Assembly: GCA_963783315.1 (NCBI GenBank)
Contig: CAWAMZ010000036.1
Location: 19,042 to 83,041, forward strand
Direction: 5' to 3'
Length of the DNA: 64,000 nucleotides
Source: an uncultured Bacteroidales bacterium
Lineage (GTDB): Bacteria > Bacteroidota > Bacteroidia > Bacteroidales > DASQZP01
Under the pieces are notes generated by a model. That model made no database searches, had not been told where the DNA came from, and saw only the letters and a list, made by a program, of their open reading frames with translations. This document shows positions 60,839 through 64,000 of this stretch, piece after piece. Position 1 is the stretch's first letter; every line of letters begins with the position of its first letter. Both the position numbers and the translations under genes were made by a program.

Positions 60839-61534
60839 ATGAATGCAATTACCACTATTACCTTTTTCCGCTTCCAAACAGCATCAAATCGTTACTGGGC
60901 AACTAAAATGATGCAGTTAGCGCGTCCCGGCCTGAAAAGGACAGAAGGACTCACCTGGTTCAGGTTACTGGGCACCGGGTCGGGGAATGGTTTCTGGTTC
61001 ATTCCTGAGTTTAAGATTTTCGCTTTACTGGCTGTATGGGAAAATGAAAATTACGCTGACAATTTCTTTGCACATGCTAAACTTTTTCAAGAATATAATG
61101 AAAAAGCATCCGAAATCCGGACCGTTTATATGAAGCCCCTGCAGTCCAAAGGTAGCTGGGGAGATGTAAATCCTTTTGAAGGGAATATTGGGAACAATGA
61201 AAGCCCTATAGCTGTAATTACACGCGCAACGATCCGGTTTCCTGCATTATTTAATTTCTGGCGGCATGTTCCGGCAGCAAGCAGGCGTGTTGTTCAGTCA
61301 CCCGGACTTATATTCTCAGCAGGAATAGGAGAGTGGCCACTGATACAGATGGCTACCTTTAGTATCTGGGAAAATGAGAAGGCCATGAAAAGTTATGCCT
61401 ATAAATCACCTGAGCATCTTACAGCCATTAAAAAAGCCAGAGAACAAAACTGGTTCAGGGAAGAATTATTTGCCCGTTTTGATCCATACCGTACTGCAGG
61501 AGAATGGAAAGGATTCAGCGATTTTTTAACATGA
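60839..61534 (+). CDS. spheroidene monooxygenase (CrtA)-like protein
   Basis: 231 aa. The N-terminus TTITFFRFQTASNRYWATKMMQLARP...WFRLLGTGSGNGF...ALLAVWENE parallels Rhodobacter CrtA as I recall it. Confidence 0.55.
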   Translation: MNAITTITFFRFQTASNRYWATKMMQLARPGLKRTEGLTWFRLLGTGSGNGFWFIPEFKIFALLAVWENENYADNFFAHAKLFQEYNEKASEIRTVYMKPLQSKGSWGDVNPFEGNIGNNESPIAVITRATIRFPALFNFWRHVPAASRRVVQSPGLIFSAGIGEWPLIQMATFSIWENEKAMKSYAYKSPEHLTAIKKAREQNWFREELFARFDPYRTAGEWKGFSDFLT

Positions 61535-61643
61535 TACAGAGGCACTTAATTTGTGCTCTCACAAAGCCGAATTCCCAGTGAACATCTGTTTCAGTCTGTT
61601 GTTAATCAATTAGATTGTATACGAAAACTTAAACAACATAATT

Positions 61644-62318
61644 ATGAGACCATTAAGTGATTCTGTGGATTATCTTCATAAGTTACGTACTGAAGAAGAG
61701 CTTGATATTTATGAACGCACATTTGCTATTGGTGCAGGTTCGGTAATGTCACTGATTGGCATGAAGCGCGGCGGATTTGGTGGATTCCTGAATATTATGG
61801 CAGGAGGAGCTCTTACTCTTTTCGGTGCTACAGGGATTAATCCTTTTTACCGGCTTGGCAGAGCAACCGGCCGGCATGTGTTTGTCAGGCAAACTGTACT
61901 CATTAATCAGGACCGTGATAAGGTATACCAGTTCTGGAGAAGACTCAGTAACCTTCCCAGGATTATGAAACATATTAAAAAAGTTGAATATACTGATGGA
62001 GAGACAACCCATTGGGAGGCTGAGCTGGGAGGTATTCCGGTTTCATGGGATGCTGAGATTGTCTTTGAAGCAGAGGATTGGCGTATCTCCTGGAATTCAC
62101 TCCCGGAGAGTGAAATTGTTAATGCAGGAAAGGTGGAATTTGAGCATGCAGGCACCAACCTTACCAGGGTGAATGTGCTGATAGCCTATGAACCGAGGGC
62201 AGGATCGCTTGGTGTTAAGCTCTCAGAGATACTCAATCCTGTTTTTGAAGAAGAGATCCGGGAAGATATTATGAAACTTAAGAATGTAATGGAGAATGCA
62301 CCCACTGATGAAGGGTAA
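61644..62318 (+). CDS. DUF2892 (YgaP-like membrane hairpin) plus SRPBCC / cyclase-dehydrase domain protein
   Basis: 224 aa. Gly-rich two-helix membrane segment (IGAGSVMSLIGMKRGGFGGFLNIMAGGALTLFGATGINPFYRL), then an SRPBCC-like fold (VYQFWRRLSNLPRIMKHI...W.AE). Confidence 0.55.
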   Translation: MRPLSDSVDYLHKLRTEEELDIYERTFAIGAGSVMSLIGMKRGGFGGFLNIMAGGALTLFGATGINPFYRLGRATGRHVFVRQTVLINQDRDKVYQFWRRLSNLPRIMKHIKKVEYTDGETTHWEAELGGIPVSWDAEIVFEAEDWRISWNSLPESEIVNAGKVEFEHAGTNLTRVNVLIAYEPRAGSLGVKLSEILNPVFEEEIREDIMKLKNVMENAPTDEG

Positions 62319-62404
62319 AGGATTTAATTTTCATCAGAAATGCTGAACATACTCAATATTTGGTTTTTTTATCGGCTAAATACTCATAATGCATTAACCT
62401 GATG

Positions 62405-62491
62405 AGACTGACCAAAAGGAATTATAAGTCATGGTCAACGCAACACCTCCCGAATGAAGTGTTGATGGTGTCCTTTTTGGTCAGTCTTTTT
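62405..62491 (+). terminator. long extended hairpin with a U-run after the SRPBCC gene
   Basis: AGACTGACCAAAAGGA (62405-62420) pairs with TCCTTTTTGGTCAGTCT (62471-62487), with one bulged T. An inner stem pairs CAACAC (62441-62446) with GTGTTG (62459-62464). Followed by TTTTGT. Confidence 0.5.
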
Positions 62492-62646
62492 GTCTGGGGG
62501 TTATCATAATTATTTTTTGTATGGTTTATAAAAGATCTGTCGGTTTCATGTTTTTAACCCCCTTCTTCAGATAATATCTGCAGTATTCTTTTACAAGCAA
62601 ATGATGCTGTATCCTTAATAAAAGAAGTATTGAATATTGCATTTTT

Positions 62647-63966
62647 TTAATACTGAAGATAGCGGTTAACAAAATCGGTTTCATCAATTGTAAGATTCAG
62701 CCATTGTGATAACTTATGCTGCAATTTTTGCCTGTTCTCTGCGCTCATATTTCTGATTCGCGCCCCGCCATGTCCTTTCCCGGGAAGGAAAAACCAAAGT
62801 GCATCTGTGCTACTGGTTGGCTGAACTGCCGTTGACGACCAGGTGTCACTGCCTCCGTATATAAAAATGAACTGATTTCCTTCGGTCTCTACCCAGTTGT
62901 ATACTTTACGGGCCAGTGAATCGCTGTACTGCACCTTCATTTTATCAGGTACAAAGGTAGCCAGCGGATGTGGATTAACAGGAAGGGCTTTCAGCAGACC
63001 TTTAAAATCGTCAGTCCTGTAACCATAATACCCCATTTGGGTAGCAGCCTGATAATAATGGGAAGCATATTTTTTAATCTGATCATCTGAAAAGAATCCT
63101 ATATCAGAAACCTGCAACAAATGTTTTACTGCCTGTTCCAGCGGAGCGGAAGCAGGCGGTATCTCACTACAGGAGTGGCCCCATTGCCAGAAAGAAAATG
63201 AATATTCCAGGACTGTATATTCAAATGCCTGCTCAAAACTCAGGTAAGTATAATGGTATCCAGCACCCAGGCTGTACCACTGCAGCAAGGGAATTACTTT
63301 GTCCCGGTTTCGGAGAATCCGTTTCTGAAAGGCCCTGATTTTATTCCGGCATTCTTTGGTTCCTACAGTATCCAGAAAGTTATAAATGCGGTCTTCTTCC
63401 AGTTTCAGATTAAAAGGAGCAACATAGGGCACACTTACCGTCACATCGGAAGGGTAAAAATAACGGTAATAGATGGTAGTTTGTCCTCCCTTGCTGATGC
63501 CCGTACTGATCCATTTTCCTTTGTATATCTGATGCAGCAGCAGATTGATATGGTGCAGGTCAGCTGTTTCCTGTTCAAGTGTCAGATACTTATAATTCTC
63601 CGGGTCAGGAATACTCTCCCCGAAATACCGGTGTTCCACAATCACCTGGTTGGCCTGGAGCAAGCGGGTTAACTCATAGACAGTGTTCCGGTTCTGTTCA
63701 TAGCCTTCCGTAACAATAACCATGGGTTTTTCATTATCCAGATGGGAGAGATAGGCTTTCTGATAAAAATATCCTTTGGAGGGATCATGATGATCGATAG
63801 GCTGTTTTACCCATAGCTCCCAGGCTGATTTAAAACCAGCGGGTGTTTCTGTCTTTTTAAAGATGACATCAGGGAGATCATACAACGCATTCTCCAGAGA
63901 AAATTCCTGTCCGGCTGTGATTTGAAAAAGGGCTGCCAGCAGCAGTAATACAATATATTTTTTCAT
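62647..63966 (-). CDS. secreted alpha/beta-hydrolase serine peptidase (S28/S37-like)
   Basis: 439 aa. Signal peptide MKKYIVLLLLAALFQITAGQ and nucleophile elbow GISKGG. Family assignment is approximate. Confidence 0.55.
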   Translation of the reverse strand: MKKYIVLLLLAALFQITAGQEFSLENALYDLPDVIFKKTETPAGFKSAWELWVKQPIDHHDPSKGYFYQKAYLSHLDNEKPMVIVTEGYEQNRNTVYELTRLLQANQVIVEHRYFGESIPDPENYKYLTLEQETADLHHINLLLHQIYKGKWISTGISKGGQTTIYYRYFYPSDVTVSVPYVAPFNLKLEEDRIYNFLDTVGTKECRNKIRAFQKRILRNRDKVIPLLQWYSLGAGYHYTYLSFEQAFEYTVLEYSFSFWQWGHSCSEIPPASAPLEQAVKHLLQVSDIGFFSDDQIKKYASHYYQAATQMGYYGYRTDDFKGLLKALPVNPHPLATFVPDKMKVQYSDSLARKVYNWVETEGNQFIFIYGGSDTWSSTAVQPTSSTDALWFFLPGKGHGGARIRNMSAENRQKLQHKLSQWLNLTIDETDFVNRYLQY

Positions 63967-64000
63967 TGCAGGTATTATTTGATCCTAAAAAGGAAACCAA

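Noticed and set aside
1-64000. Search for CRISPR arrays, transposases, integrases, phage genes, toxin-antitoxin pairs or known defence genes, including next to the tRNA-Leu.
   Set aside because: By eye I found no direct-repeat/spacer arrays and no ORF with recombinase, transposase or nuclease-defence hallmarks. The window reads as conserved core genome.

Overview
This 64-kb window looks like core chromosome of a Bacteroidota-type (FCB group) bacterium. It is about 90% coding, mostly on the minus strand. The lineage call rests on four observations: the purH-mreB-mreC-mreD-mrdA-rodA gene order, a beta-propeller/Y_Y_Y sensor kinase, near absence of Shine-Dalgarno sequences, and several TAnnTTTG -7 boxes 15-70 nt upstream of start codons.

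Content:
- Envelope and stress: lptB (cut by the window edge), a J-domain membrane protein, hsp20.
- Signalling: two membrane sensor proteins.
- Amino acid synthesis: a complete trpEGDCFBA operon, followed by a thioesterase and a C-S lyase.
- Protein quality control: tig-clpP-clpX.
- RNA genes: one tRNA-Leu(UAG).
- Cell shape: the rod-shape cluster.
- Housekeeping: rsmA, gnd, pgi, gpsA, serA, lysS, a GH3 beta-glucosidase, corA, and a CoA-transferase.
- Respiration: a seven-gene operon joining a caa3-type cytochrome oxidase to a Rieske/cytochrome b complex.
- Other: a CrtA-like/SRPBCC gene pair and a serine peptidase.

I saw no transposase, integrase, CRISPR array, rRNA or recognisable defence genes.

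Best leads:
1. An unlisted 20-codon leader ORF with three consecutive Trp codons plus an intrinsic terminator in front of trpE, which points to attenuation.
2. The merged complex III / complex IV operon. It has cytochrome c domains fused to both cytochrome b and CoxII, and an unassigned 74-aa membrane protein.
3. An output-less HAMP-GAF sensor next to an orphan sensor kinase.
4. A structured corA leader that can occlude the translation start.

I cannot show from sequence alone that a wholly new system is present. Most of the window is ordinary.
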